DNA of 32,000 nucleotides from Chloroflexota bacterium (GTDB lineage: Bacteria > Chloroflexota > Dehalococcoidia > Lucifugimonadales > UBA2962). This document shows positions 1 through 10,181 of the stretch, piece by piece. Position numbers and translations under genes: made by a program. How positions within the stretch are numbered: the first letter of the stretch is position 1; every line of letters starts with the position of its first letter. The notes beneath the pieces were generated by a model. It was not told where the DNA came from, made no database searches, and saw only the letters and a list, made by a program, of their open reading frames with translations. The stretch spans positions 3,879 through 35,878 of the forward strand of contig QGNM01000014.1 in assembly GCA_003228095.2 (NCBI GenBank). The letters are read 5' to 3'.

Positions 1-2
1 TT

Positions 3-440
3 GTTGATGCTGCAAAATTTGGCCCTATAGGACATAGGGGCATGTACACAAGTCGCCAAGGGATCGGTGTTTCTGATTATGTAAAAAAAGCGAACGATGA
101 AACATTAATATCAATAATTATAGAAGATGTAGTCGCTATTAATAATTTACCCGAGATATTAGAGACAGATCATATAGATGCCTTTTTTGTTGCACCGGGT
201 GATTTGGCTCAAAGTATGGGTTACACAGGAAAGATTAATCATCCTGAAGTAGTCGCTATCAGAGATAAAGCAATACGGGATATTGTAAAAGCTGGCCGTG
301 TAGCCGGCACAATGGTAGATGATTCTAATCTTGAGCATTATATAGATATTGGGGCTAGGTTTTTGAGCGTTGCGTGGACACCTTGGTTAACATCAGGAGC
401 GCAATCGTACTTAAACAAAGTTAGTGCGGCTCAGGGTTGA
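3..440 (+). CDS. HpcH/HpaI-family aldolase, C-terminal part; the 5' end lies left of the window
   Basis: The frame is open from base 3 with no stop upstream of the ATG at 42, so the ORF-track Met is internal. DAFFVAPGDLAQSMGY matches the conserved GPxDLSxSxG region of HpcH/HpaI aldolases. TGA stop at 438-440. Confidence 0.7.
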   Translation, partial: VDAAKFGPIGHRGMYTSRQGIGVSDYVKKANDETLISIIIEDVVAINNLPEILETDHIDAFFVAPGDLAQSMGYTGKINHPEVVAIRDKAIRDIVKAGRVAGTMVDDSNLEHYIDIGARFLSVAWTPWLTSGAQSYLNKVSAAQG

Positions 441-499
441 ATAAACATCTGTTTATAATTGAGTTAAATTTAAATATTGCGGTGAGTTGACTTATAAAT

Positions 500-1789
500 A
501 TGAAAATTGTGTCATCTAAAATTGAAAATGTATTGCCAAAATCACATATACAGATTTTGAACGCCGCTGTAGAGCTATCTCAGGATATAAACACAGATTT
601 GTATCTGGTCGGCGGGTGCGTCAGAGATATTATGTTAGGAGTATCAGAGGGGAATTTTGATATTGATTTAGCTGGGAGTGATATTGATAGAGATTTTGCC
701 GACCGGTTGGCAGGCAAATTGAAAGGAAAGGTTAAAAGCAGTTCTCTATTTGGAACACATAAACTTTCTGTTCCGGTTGGTTATCAGACTAATATTGAGA
801 TTGATTTGGCTTTATGTCGATCAGAGACATATAAAACTCCGGGCAGTTTACCTGATGTAAGTCCTGGAGATTTATTCCAGGACTTACTCAGGAGGGATTT
901 TTCTGTATCAGCTATGTGCATAGTTCTACGCTCACCTGAAGACCAAGACTGGCAATGGGGTCAACTTATAGACCCACATTCCGGTTATAAAGATCTAAAA
1001 AACGAAGAGCTGAGGATTCTGCATAAAAACAGTTTTGTAGATGACCCAACGCGAATGTTTAGGCTTTTACGTTATTCAGGGAGGCTGGGGTTTGCAATCG
1101 AAGAAGAAACCAAAAAACTATTTGAATCTTCAATGAATTGGGTATCAGTCATTTCGGGGGAACGAATTAGGCATGAACTTGAGAAAATATTTGAAGAGAG
1201 AGACATAGGTGTGATCCTTTCCAACTGCGTAATGACAGGGTTATTACCTGCTTTTTTAACTCAGATTGACTGTAAACATTTGATAAAATTTAAAGAGTTG
1301 GAATATTCTGGTGACTTTAAAAATAATACTGCAGAGTTTTGGTTTGGGATTGTTGGGATGAATGCGAATAAGACTGAGGTTGAATACCTTTCCAAAACGC
1401 TCAATTTAAATTCCAAACAGAGAGAAGTTATAAGAGATTTAAATTCTTTGAATAAACAACTACAAAAACATTCGGCCCAATTAGTATCGGAAGATCCCAA
1501 GCGAAGTGATATATATAAATTTTTAATGAAATATAACGTTATTGCAATCCAAGTTTGTGCGGCTACTACTTCTGATATGTCTATTAAAATTATATTAGAG
1601 ATGTACTTGAGTTCTTTAATGAACAGCCATACAGAATTGAGTGGCGACGATTTAATATCTCTAGGTGTAAGAAAAGGACCTAAGGTTGGTGAACTGTTAA
1701 ATAATTTACTCTATGCTAAATTAGATGGACAACTGCCATCTATTGATAGTGAAATGGATTATATTAAAAACTACCTGCGTAACAATTAA
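500..1789 (+). CDS. cca: CCA-adding tRNA nucleotidyltransferase / poly(A) polymerase family
   Basis: 429 aa. LYLVGGCVRDIMLG and DIDLA are the class II nucleotidyltransferase head motifs. RRDFSVSAM resembles the RRDFTINA motif. Confidence 0.8.
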   Translation: MKIVSSKIENVLPKSHIQILNAAVELSQDINTDLYLVGGCVRDIMLGVSEGNFDIDLAGSDIDRDFADRLAGKLKGKVKSSSLFGTHKLSVPVGYQTNIEIDLALCRSETYKTPGSLPDVSPGDLFQDLLRRDFSVSAMCIVLRSPEDQDWQWGQLIDPHSGYKDLKNEELRILHKNSFVDDPTRMFRLLRYSGRLGFAIEEETKKLFESSMNWVSVISGERIRHELEKIFEERDIGVILSNCVMTGLLPAFLTQIDCKHLIKFKELEYSGDFKNNTAEFWFGIVGMNANKTEVEYLSKTLNLNSKQREVIRDLNSLNKQLQKHSAQLVSEDPKRSDIYKFLMKYNVIAIQVCAATTSDMSIKIILEMYLSSLMNSHTELSGDDLISLGVRKGPKVGELLNNLLYAKLDGQLPSIDSEMDYIKNYLRNN

Positions 1790-1796
1790 ATTACGG

Positions 1797-3185
1797 TTAA
1801 ATCATTTTAGCTGGATCCAAAATCGTATCAATTTTTGACGGATCTAAATCAGTTTCTTCTAATGTAACTTCCCGGATTGTTTTACCTGTCTTTTGAGCTT
1901 TTTTAGCTATTGCTGCGGCTTTATCATATCCGATGATTGGTACTAATGTTGTAACTATTGCTAAACCTTTCTCAACCATTTCAGGCCCACGTTGTGTAGG
2001 CGTTATACCATCCACGCATTGCGTAGCTAAATTCTTTAGCGAATTTGATAATAATTCTATTGACTGTAATAAATTAAATGCGGCTACGGGCATCATAACG
2101 TTTAATTCAAAATTCCCAGATTGACCAGCAATAGAAACAGTTACGTCGTTACCAATTACCTGAGCAGCTACCATTGCGGTTGATTCAGCAATGACAGGAT
2201 TTACCTTCCCAGGCATAATTGAACTCCCAGGTTGTACTTCTGGTAACTCTATCTCTCCGAACCCAGCCCTAGGACCTGAGCCAAGCCATCTTATGTCATT
2301 CGATATTTTCATTATGCTGACTGCTAATGTTTTTAAGGCACCACTCATATGCACCACTGCGTCTAGCGTGCTTTGGCTTTGAAAGTGATTGTCAGTTTCT
2401 CTGATTCCATGTCCGGTCCATTGAGAAAGGTAGGTGCATACTCGCTCAGCAAATTTATTATGTGTGTTTATACCGGTACCTACTGCGGTACCACCTAGAG
2501 CAACTTCAGACAATCCATTTAAACCATCCTTTATTCGAGAATTAGATCGTTGCATTTGTCCTGCAAAACCTAGGAATTCTTGTCCCAAAGTGATTGGTGT
2601 TGCGTCCTGAAGATGAGTTCGTCCAGTTTTTATAATATCTTTAAATTCATCCGACTTTTGTCTGAGACTATTTTCTAATTGCTCAATTGAAGGTATTAGT
2701 TCATTTATAATGCTATCGATTGCCGATATGTGAATAGCTGTTGGAATAACATCGTTAGAGGATTGCCCCATATTCACATGATCATTTGGGTGCACTGGTA
2801 CTTTTGAGCCAACAGTGCCGCCTAGTGATTCTATAGATAAATTTGCAATTACTTCGTTTACATTCATATTTGTAGATGTTCCTGATCCAGTCTGGAAAAT
2901 ATCTACTACGAATTGGTCATCATAATCACCGTCGATCACTTTTTGGGCGGAATCAGATATTGTGTTGGCAATTTCTTTATCAATAAGACCAAGATCTAAA
3001 TTTGTCAAAGCGGCAGCTTTTTTTATCTGAGCAAGAGACTTAATGAATACTCTTTGGAATTTGAGTGAACTAATAGGAAAATTTACTACGGCCCTCATCG
3101 TATTCGCTCCGTAGTAGGCGGTTGAAGGAACTTCAAATGATCCCATTGAATCTTTTTCAATTCTGGTATTACTGTTTTGACTCAT
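1797..3185 (-). CDS. fumC: Class II fumarate hydratase / aspartate ammonia-lyase superfamily enzyme; most motifs are fumarase-like
   Basis: 462 aa. Fumarase C-like motifs: QTGSGTSTNMNVNEVIAN, SSNDVIPTA, GRTHLQDATPITLGQE, and the SS-loop GSSIMPGKVNP. The residues after the SS-loop (VIAE) and the N-terminal AYYG are aspartase-like. Confidence 0.7.
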   Translation of the reverse strand: MSQNSNTRIEKDSMGSFEVPSTAYYGANTMRAVVNFPISSLKFQRVFIKSLAQIKKAAALTNLDLGLIDKEIANTISDSAQKVIDGDYDDQFVVDIFQTGSGTSTNMNVNEVIANLSIESLGGTVGSKVPVHPNDHVNMGQSSNDVIPTAIHISAIDSIINELIPSIEQLENSLRQKSDEFKDIIKTGRTHLQDATPITLGQEFLGFAGQMQRSNSRIKDGLNGLSEVALGGTAVGTGINTHNKFAERVCTYLSQWTGHGIRETDNHFQSQSTLDAVVHMSGALKTLAVSIMKISNDIRWLGSGPRAGFGEIELPEVQPGSSIMPGKVNPVIAESTAMVAAQVIGNDVTVSIAGQSGNFELNVMMPVAAFNLLQSIELLSNSLKNLATQCVDGITPTQRGPEMVEKGLAIVTTLVPIIGYDKAAAIAKKAQKTGKTIREVTLEETDLDPSKIDTILDPAKMI

Positions 3186-3279
3186 TCATAACTCCGCATT
3201 TATTAAAGTTTATTTTGACTTTACTAATCAATTGAGATTGCCTGATGTTTTTGTCACTATAGCATTTGGGTTATCAGGT

Positions 3280-3288
3280 TGCTAGAAT
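3280..3288 (+). promoter_or_regulatory. Candidate extended -10 promoter element (TGcTAGAAT) for ltaE
   Basis: TGCTAGAATCG is located about 42 bp upstream of the ltaE ATG, in the divergent fumC/ltaE gap. Confidence 0.35.
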
Positions 3289-3329
3289 CGTTTATGCTAC
3301 ATTCTATTATGTAAATTAGGAGAAATCGA

Positions 3330-4427
3330 ATGGGATCAGGATATTCCGAAGCCAAAGAAAACAAAAAGACGCAAGTAAACAATTCAACTAGGATTGTTGA
3401 TCTTCGCAGTGATACATTCACTCAGCCTTCTCCAGAAATGAGAGAAGCGATATATAAAGCAGAATTAGGAGATGATGTATTTGGGGAAGACCCTACCGTT
3501 AACAGATTGGAGAAAATGGCAGCTGAGATTTTTGAAATGGAAGATGCTACCTTCGTTGCTAGTGGAACAATGGGTAATATAGCCGCTGCTATGACACATT
3601 GCACTCGCGGTGATGAAATGATCGTTGGAGAAAAATCACATATGTACAATGCAGAGGCTGGGGCAGCGTCTGCATTGGGTGGTATTTCGGTTCAGTCTAT
3701 TGCTAATGATAGTCGAGGAATGATTGATCTTGATGAGCTTAGATCTAAAATTAGACCTGACAACATACACTATCCGCCGACCCGCCTTATTGGTATCGAA
3801 AACACCGCTAATCATTGTGGTGGAAATGCACTTACTGCAGAAGAGGTTCAATCCATTGTTGCTGTAGCTAAAGAAAGAGATGTCAAGGTTCATGTTGATG
3901 GGGCACGAATATTCAATGCATCTGTCGCTCTTGAAACGCCTGTTTCTCAATTAGTTGCTGGAGCAGATACAGCCTCTTTTTGTTTGTCTAAAGGTTTGTC
4001 GTGCCCAGTGGGGTCTGTTTTGGTGGGCAGTCACGAAGATATTGAAGTAGCACGCCGTTGGAGAAAAGCAATGGGTGGTGGAATGAGGCAAGTTGGAATA
4101 ATTGCTGCTGCAGGTATTGTCGCATTAGAAACAATGGTTTCTAGATTGGCAGAAGATCATACAAATGCTAGAAAACTTGCTGTTGGTCTATCTAATATAG
4201 AAGGAATTACTTGTGACCCTGATTCGTATCCAACCAATTTAGTTTTTTGTGATGTAATCGCAAAAAATCCTAGTGAAATTCTTCAAAAGATGGATGAACA
4301 AGGTGTTAAAGCATTGTCACTGCCGGGTGGTTGGAGATTGGTGACTCATTATGGAATTACTTCTGGTGACATAGATTATGCTTTAGATATAATTACAAAT
4401 GTCTTTAAAGAACACGCATCTTTTTAA
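3330..4427 (+). CDS. ltaE: Low-specificity L-threonine aldolase (PLP-dependent)
   Basis: 365 aa. DLRSDTFTQPSPEMREAI, GDDVFGEDPTVNRLE and the PLP-lysine context SFCLSKGLSCPVGS are typical of the family. AGGAG Shine-Dalgarno lies about 9 nt upstream of the ATG. Confidence 0.8.
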   Translation: MGSGYSEAKENKKTQVNNSTRIVDLRSDTFTQPSPEMREAIYKAELGDDVFGEDPTVNRLEKMAAEIFEMEDATFVASGTMGNIAAAMTHCTRGDEMIVGEKSHMYNAEAGAASALGGISVQSIANDSRGMIDLDELRSKIRPDNIHYPPTRLIGIENTANHCGGNALTAEEVQSIVAVAKERDVKVHVDGARIFNASVALETPVSQLVAGADTASFCLSKGLSCPVGSVLVGSHEDIEVARRWRKAMGGGMRQVGIIAAAGIVALETMVSRLAEDHTNARKLAVGLSNIEGITCDPDSYPTNLVFCDVIAKNPSEILQKMDEQGVKALSLPGGWRLVTHYGITSGDIDYALDIITNVFKEHASF

Positions 4428-4496
4428 TTAGGATTTTAAACGAGAGGTGTCAGGCAAAATGCAAACAATAATAAGCCTCTCAGAATCTCCTCTCAG

Positions 4497-5720
4497 ATGC
4501 TTTTACTAGAAAACCCTGGATTCAGGCGTCTTTGGATAAGTTCGCTTTTCAGTGATGTTCTTACAGTTACATTAGTTATGTGTTCTGGGTTAGTGGTTTT
4601 AGAAATTTCCGACTCAGCTTTTTGGGTTGGAGCAGTATTCGGCTTTAATGGAGCAGCCTTAACGATTTGTAGTTTTATAGGCGGACTGTTAGCAGATCGT
4701 TTTTATAGGCGGAGATATACTCTGGTTGCAATTGCAATTCTTATTGATATGGTAGGGGTTCTGTTAATCGCTATATTAATTTCGGTTGATAAGATAATGG
4801 TTTGGCATGTCATATTTGCAGCAGTTTTGAATGGAATAGCAATTTCAATAAGAATGCCATCCCGTAACGCGCTTACTTTAGATTTGGTAGGAAAAGAAAA
4901 ACTAGTAAACGCTAGTGCCGCAAATCTTGTTAGTTGGCAAATAACTGCTATAGCATCTCCATTAATTATCGGATCAATAATAGTTAACTACGGCATGTCT
5001 TGGGCCTATTTTTTAATGGTAATCGCTGGGTGTCTTGCATTTATATCGGCACTTACTTTGAATAGTTCTTATGTTTCTTACGCAAAACTGGATAATAGTC
5101 AAAATGACGACAATGCTCGTTCATTAATAGAAGGATTCAGATATGTCTTATCTGTGCCTGGAGTAAGGTCTTTATTACTTCTTGCCGTCGTTGCTGAATC
5201 ATTTGTCTGGTCACATGAATCCATCTTAGCCGTGATGGCTACTAGAGTTTTGAATGTAGACGCATTCGGCTACGCATCTTTGCTTTCAGTTGGAGCTGTT
5301 GGTGCTTTAATTAGCTTAGTATTCATATCCTTTTCTAAACAACTTGCTCCGCGAGTTTTGTTGCTTGTTTTGACTTTAGGGCTATTTTCTATATCACTTT
5401 TACTATTTTCTTTGTCATCGTGGTTCCCGGTTTCTTTAATTCTTATAGCGATCGCGTATGCATTCGCTATGGGATATGAAACAATGATATCTGCTCTTTT
5501 GCAACTTGTTGTTCCCGATGGAATGAGAGGTAGGGTTTTAAGCTTTCAGACTTCCACCTGGGGATTCACTGGATTAGCGGGGCTTTATATGGGCGCCATA
5601 GCAGGCGCATTTAGCGCCGCAATTGCAATTGGTATAGGTGCCTTAGTTGTATTAATATATTTGGCCATTAATTTTAAGCAGCTTCTTAAGTTAGATGTTG
5701 TTGTAGAAGAAGGCAGTTAA
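4497..5720 (+). CDS. MFS-type transporter, substrate unknown
   Basis: 407 aa, hydrophobic throughout with about 12 predicted helices. The N-terminus NPGFRRLWISSLFSD resembles the MFS_3 (EntS-like) start. This is the first ATG after an in-frame TAA at 4473. Confidence 0.7.
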   Translation: MLLLENPGFRRLWISSLFSDVLTVTLVMCSGLVVLEISDSAFWVGAVFGFNGAALTICSFIGGLLADRFYRRRYTLVAIAILIDMVGVLLIAILISVDKIMVWHVIFAAVLNGIAISIRMPSRNALTLDLVGKEKLVNASAANLVSWQITAIASPLIIGSIIVNYGMSWAYFLMVIAGCLAFISALTLNSSYVSYAKLDNSQNDDNARSLIEGFRYVLSVPGVRSLLLLAVVAESFVWSHESILAVMATRVLNVDAFGYASLLSVGAVGALISLVFISFSKQLAPRVLLLVLTLGLFSISLLLFSLSSWFPVSLILIAIAYAFAMGYETMISALLQLVVPDGMRGRVLSFQTSTWGFTGLAGLYMGAIAGAFSAAIAIGIGALVVLIYLAINFKQLLKLDVVVEEGS

Positions 5721-5763
5721 TAAAGTAGGTTTTGGAGATCGAAAAAATAAAAACAATCAAAAT

Positions 5764-7095
5764 CTATTTTTTATTGTTTTTATTCCATCTTTCATTATGC
5801 CATCGCTGTATCTTTATTTCGTAACCTTGATCCGATGGCGTGTAATAAACATGATCTTTTATTTTATTAGGCCGATTTTGCATTGAAGCAAAGTGGTTAT
5901 CGTAGTTATGTGAGTATTTATATCCCTCTCCATATCCCTCATCTTCCATTAACTCGGTAACTGGGTTGCGTAGATGTAATGGGACTACTTCATTTGGCGT
6001 TAGTGATGCATCTTCTAAAGCAAAATCAATTGCTTTATAAGCTGAGTTGCTTTTAGGAGCTGTGGCTAGGTAAATAGTTGCCTCAGATAATGGAATTCTT
6101 GCTTCAGGCATGCCGATGAAATGCGTAGCCTGATATGCTGCGATAGATATTGATAGAGCTCTAGGATCAGCTAGCCCTACATCTTCTGCGGCAAGAATTA
6201 CTATTCTCCGAGCTATGAAAAGAGGATCTTCCCCTGCGTCAATCATTCGTGCTAACCAATAGATAGATGAGTCTGGATCTGAACCACGAACAGATTTAAT
6301 AAAGGCCGATATCAAGTCATAGTGTTGGTCGCCTTTTTTATCATATGAGGGGATGCTTCTTTGCATTACGTCTTGGATTACTTGTAAAGTGATATTTCTA
6401 TGTCCCGATTCATCAATATCGATAGATGCAACTGCGAGTTCAATTGTATTTAATGCTATGCGAGCGTCACCACCAGAAAGCGAAATAAGTGAACCCATGA
6501 CACTGGGTTCAATCATGGCATTAAATTCGCCTATGCCATGCTCGGTATCATTTATAGCCCGATTTAAAATTGATTCCATATGGTCTTCATCGATTGGCTT
6601 TAATTTAAATACTCTACTTCTAGACAGTAAAGGTCCAGTTATTTCAAAGGACGGATTTTCAGTTGTGGCACCAATTAGTGTGATTGCTCCAGATTCTACG
6701 TGCGGCAGTATTACATCTTGTTGAGATTTGTTGAATCGATGGATTTCATCGATAAATACAATTGTTTTTTGCCCAGTCATACCAAGTAATTCTTCTGCGT
6801 CCCTTATCGCTGTGCGCAATTCAGACACCCCTGATACAGCTGCACTTATATGTATAAATTTGGATTTTGTAATTCGTGAAATTAATAGGGATAGTGTAGT
6901 TTTTCCTGATCCGGGAGGTCCCCAGAATATCATGGAAAAAATTTGATCGGAATCAACGATTTTTCGTAAAGCTCGCTCTGGTCCTAATAAATGTTCTTGT
7001 CCAAAAAATTCTTGGAATGAACGAGGACGCATTCTTGTGGATAGTGGGGCGGTCGCTTTTAAAATGTTATCGCTATTTTGCTTAAAAAGGTTCAT
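5764..7095 (-). CDS. rarA: Replication-associated recombination protein A (MgsA/RarA AAA+ ATPase)
   Basis: 443 aa. Walker A is GPPGSGKTTL and Walker B is VFIDEIHRFNK. The C-terminal MgsA signature is ISAFIKSVRGSDPDSSIYWLARMIDAGEDP. Confidence 0.9.
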   Translation of the reverse strand: MNLFKQNSDNILKATAPLSTRMRPRSFQEFFGQEHLLGPERALRKIVDSDQIFSMIFWGPPGSGKTTLSLLISRITKSKFIHISAAVSGVSELRTAIRDAEELLGMTGQKTIVFIDEIHRFNKSQQDVILPHVESGAITLIGATTENPSFEITGPLLSRSRVFKLKPIDEDHMESILNRAINDTEHGIGEFNAMIEPSVMGSLISLSGGDARIALNTIELAVASIDIDESGHRNITLQVIQDVMQRSIPSYDKKGDQHYDLISAFIKSVRGSDPDSSIYWLARMIDAGEDPLFIARRIVILAAEDVGLADPRALSISIAAYQATHFIGMPEARIPLSEATIYLATAPKSNSAYKAIDFALEDASLTPNEVVPLHLRNPVTELMEDEGYGEGYKYSHNYDNHFASMQNRPNKIKDHVYYTPSDQGYEIKIQRWHNERWNKNNKK

Positions 7096-7125
7096 TCAGT
7101 TTAATTCCCAAGGCTCCTTTGAGAT

Positions 7126-8484
7126 TTATATTGTTATATTCTTAAGAGCTTCAATAACGATATGGTCTTGTGCAGGCAATACAGTCCTTGCATCGAGAAT
7201 TACCCGGTCTGCTTCGATCCTTGAAATGATCGGTGTCTCATATATTCGTAGACTATATGAGATCTTACTTGCTGATGAGTTTATTGGCTTTATTGCAAGA
7301 GCATAAGTATCTAGTACTTCTCCAGGCAAACTACCCCCACCAACCGTACTGTGACTTTTGATTACCTTACCTTCAATATGAGTTTCTCTTAGCCAAGTAT
7401 TTATTCTTTCCTTTATTCCTGTCAAGTCAGCGGAGATCATATTCCATATTGGTATTTTTGTCAGGGGCTCATTAGATAGATAGTGTAGTAGGGTTGAATG
7501 AAGAGCTGTTAAATTAAGTTTATCTATCCTTAAAGCTCTCGTTATTGGATGCTCTGACAATTGATCTATGAAAATCTTTTTACCAAGAATTATTCCGCTT
7601 TGTGGACCACCTAAAAGTTTGTCGCCAGAAAAGAAAGTCAGGTCCGCCCCATCTGAAATACTTTTTTGTACAGTAGGTTCAGATCCTAGTCCGAACTGTG
7701 CTGTGTCAATAAATGATCCGCTACCTAAATCATTCAGTACGGGTATATTGTAATTATTCCCAAGGTTCACTAATTCCTGAACCGATGGATTATGAGTAAA
7801 TCCGATTTTTTGAAAATTGCTAGTATGGACTATTAAAATCGCTCCTGTATTATCTGTTATTGCATTTTGATAGTCAGATATATATGTCCGGTTAGTTGTA
7901 CCCACCTCTATCAAATGTGCCCCACTTTGTTCTAGTAACTCCGGTATTCTAAAATTTCCTCCGATTTCTACGGATTCACCTTTGGAAATGATTACTTCTT
8001 TTCCTTTTGCCAAAGCAGTTAAACATAGTAAGGCAGCCGCGGCATTATTGTTAACTACTAATGCTGATTCACTACCTGTAAGTTGTTTTATTAAGGCTTT
8101 TACATGTCTTTGTCGATCACTTCTCCGTGAAGTGATTGGGTCGTATTCGAGATCAGTGTAAACGCCGGCACTAGTGCTGAGTGCGTATATTGTCTGGTCG
8201 CTTAATGGAGCACGTCCAAAATTTGTATGTAAAATAACTCCGGAGGCGTTTACTAGAGGTGCAGGTTGAATAATCCATTTTTCCGATATGAACATTTGTA
8301 TATCTTGGATTATTTTTTTAAATGAAGGAGCTTGTTTACCTGCATTGATATCGTGTCTTATGGATTGTAAGTGCTGTTGGACAAGTTTAACTACACTGTC
8401 ACGTGCATAAGATGTCAACAGAGTTTTAATAGAAGGGTCGTTTAAAACTCGATCGATACTGGGTATGTTCTTGAAATCATTCAT
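7126..8484 (-). CDS. selA: L-seryl-tRNA(Sec) selenium transferase (selenocysteine synthase)
   Basis: 452 aa and collinear with E. coli SelA motifs: IPSIDRVL, GVILHTNFGRAPL, VVNNNAAAALL, SKGESVEIGGNFRIPE, EVGTTNRT, VHTSNF, and FSGDKLLGGPQSGII (PLP lysine). Confidence 0.9.
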   Translation of the reverse strand: MNDFKNIPSIDRVLNDPSIKTLLTSYARDSVVKLVQQHLQSIRHDINAGKQAPSFKKIIQDIQMFISEKWIIQPAPLVNASGVILHTNFGRAPLSDQTIYALSTSAGVYTDLEYDPITSRRSDRQRHVKALIKQLTGSESALVVNNNAAAALLCLTALAKGKEVIISKGESVEIGGNFRIPELLEQSGAHLIEVGTTNRTYISDYQNAITDNTGAILIVHTSNFQKIGFTHNPSVQELVNLGNNYNIPVLNDLGSGSFIDTAQFGLGSEPTVQKSISDGADLTFFSGDKLLGGPQSGIILGKKIFIDQLSEHPITRALRIDKLNLTALHSTLLHYLSNEPLTKIPIWNMISADLTGIKERINTWLRETHIEGKVIKSHSTVGGGSLPGEVLDTYALAIKPINSSASKISYSLRIYETPIISRIEADRVILDARTVLPAQDHIVIEALKNITI

Positions 8485-8608
8485 TGTGGATTGTGGCGAC
8501 TTTATTCATACAATAACATATATGTTTGACTGAAGTAGACAATGGTTTTATGAACTTAGAATCCCTTTCCTTGTTTAATATTAAATTTTTTATAAATCAC
8601 TAGTTAAA

Positions 8609-8637
8609 TTGACCCTTGTCGACCCCATTGTTAGAAT
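8609..8637 (+). promoter_or_regulatory. Candidate sigma70-type promoter for the coaE operon
   Basis: TTGACC (8609-8614), a 17-nt spacer, then TAGAAT (8632-8637) preceded by TG at 8629-8630 (extended -10). It lies 22 bp upstream of the coaE ATG. Confidence 0.45.
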
Positions 8638-8658
8638 TGCGACTTGGTATTATAACTG

Positions 8659-9273
8659 ATGATTATTATTGGACTTACAGGAGGGATTGGCACAGGTAAA
8701 TCGACGACCTCGCGATTTTTATCTGATCTAGGTGCTGTAGTATTAGATGCTGATTCTTTAGGACATGAAACATATAAGAAGGGAACAGGGTTATACAGGG
8801 ACCTTATAAAAGCGTTTGGACAGGATATTCTGGACTCAAATGGTGAGATAAATAGGTCTGAATTAGCTGAAATTGTATTTACTGATGAAAATCTATTAAT
8901 TAAATTGAACTCAATGGTTCATCCTCATATAAAACAGTCCATAGAAAGAACAATTGATAAACTTGATAAACAAGAAATAAACATGGTAGTTATAGATGCA
9001 GCTATACTTGTAGAAGCAGGGTGGAGAAATTTAGTTGATGAATTATGGGTGGTAACTGCGGAGAGAAAAACTATAAAGCAACGTTTATCTCATAAATTAA
9101 AAAATAATATGGATAGCGCATTAAAACGTTCAAAGTTTCAAATGCCCCAGTCAGAACTCAAAGCTAAAGCAGATCTAGTTATTGATAACGAAGGATCAAT
9201 CAGAGCTTTAAGAGAACGTGTTACCCTTTTATTTAACGAACGTATAGATTTAGCCAGGGAGAGTAATAAGTAA
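8659..9273 (+). CDS. coaE: Dephospho-CoA kinase
   Basis: 204 aa. [15 protein letters not shown]-loop at the extreme N-terminus, and DADSLGHE, are typical of CoaE. Confidence 0.9.
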   Translation: MIIIGLTGGIGTGKSTTSRFLSDLGAVVLDADSLGHETYKKGTGLYRDLIKAFGQDILDSNGEINRSELAEIVFTDENLLIKLNSMVHPHIKQSIERTIDKLDKQEINMVVIDAAILVEAGWRNLVDELWVVTAERKTIKQRLSHKLKNNMDSALKRSKFQMPQSELKAKADLVIDNEGSIRALRERVTLLFNERIDLARESNK

Positions 9274-9275
9274 AC

Positions 9276-10181
9276 ATGGCGACCAAAACTTCAAATTCGA
9301 CAAAGACTTTATATCAGAGTTACGTAATTGAGGAGTATCATCTTAAGAAAGAACCTTATTATGTTCCTGTGGGAGATGAAATACAGCTTTTTGAAGCTGC
9401 ATATTCACAACGTATTCCGGTGATCTTTAAGGGACCTACAGGCGTAGGTAAGACAAGGTTTGTTGAATATATGTCCTGGAAACTTGGGGTTAATTTGACA
9501 AAGGTAAAGAAAGAAGAGAAACCTGGCGAAGAGCGACAACAAGATAACCTTCCATTGGTCACTATAGCGTGCCATGAAGATCTTACGGCATCAGACCTAG
9601 TCGGTAGATATCTTTTAGAAGGCGATCGCACTGTGTGGATCGATGGTCCACTGACCAGAGCCGTAAAAGCTGGTGGAATATGTTATCTAGATGAGGTGGT
9701 AGAAGCCAGGAAAGACACTACTGTACTGATACATCCATTAACGGATCACAGAAGAATGTTGCCGGTAGAAAAGAAAGGTGAATTAATAGAGGCTGCGGAT
9801 GGATTCCTTTTGGTTTTATCATACAATCCTGGATATCAGAGCGCTTTGAAAGATTTGAAACATAGTACTCGTCAGAGATTTGTATCTATAGAATTTAATC
9901 CTCCCCCAAGAGAAATTGAAGCACAGATAGTTTCACATGAAGCTAATATTGATATTGATATGGCAATGAGGCTAGCTCAGCTAGGAGAAAAAATTCGCAA
10001 TTTAAAGGAACACGGTTTAGGAGAAGGTGCAAGTACAAGATTGCTAATATATGCAGGTAAATTAATGGCAGCAGGTATTAAGCCTAGACGCGCGTGCCAG
10101 GTTGCAGTTAATTGGTCAGTTACTGATGATCACTCGCTACAAAATAGCATTGAAGAAGTCACTGCATCAATTTTCGAGTAA
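9276..10181 (+). CDS. CbbQ/NirQ/NorQ/GpvN-family MoxR-type AAA+ ATPase
   Basis: 301 aa. [35 protein letters not shown] (Walker A), [33 protein letters not shown] and [11 protein letters not shown] track the CbbQ/NorQ family closely. The start is 2 nt after the coaE stop. Confidence 0.85.
   Translation: MATKTSNSTKTLYQSYVIEEYHLKKEPYYVPVGDEIQLFEAAYSQRIPVIFKGPTGVGKTRFVEYMSWKLGVNLTKVKKEEKPGEERQQDNLPLVTIACHEDLTASDLVGRYLLEGDRTVWIDGPLTRAVKAGGICYLDEVVEARKDTTVLIHPLTDHRRMLPVEKKGELIEAADGFLLVLSYNPGYQSALKDLKHSTRQRFVSIEFNPPPREIEAQIVSHEANIDIDMAMRLAQLGEKIRNLKEHGLGEGASTRLLIYAGKLMAAGIKPRRACQVAVNWSVTDDHSLQNSIEEVTASIFE

Noticed and set aside
438-456. TGA stop of the aldolase followed directly by the hairpin ATAAACA-TC-TGTTTAT, considered as a possible Sec codon plus SECIS
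   Set aside because: Read-through would add only five codons before a TAA. The all-A/T 7-bp hairpin starts at the stop codon rather than about 11 nt downstream, and it lacks SECIS loop features. It is more likely a weak terminator or chance.
4476-4497. 9-nt direct repeat CCTCTCAGA x2 abutting the MFS start codon
   Set aside because: It is very short, has no symmetry, and has no second occurrence that I could find. It is probably chance.
5742-5784. 12-bp inverted repeat (AATAAAAACAAT / ATTGTTTTTATT) between the convergent MFS and rarA genes, considered as a bidirectional terminator
   Set aside because: The stem is almost entirely A/T, the loop is 15 nt, and the right arm lies inside the rarA coding region (the C-terminal NKNNKK). 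It is too weak to call.
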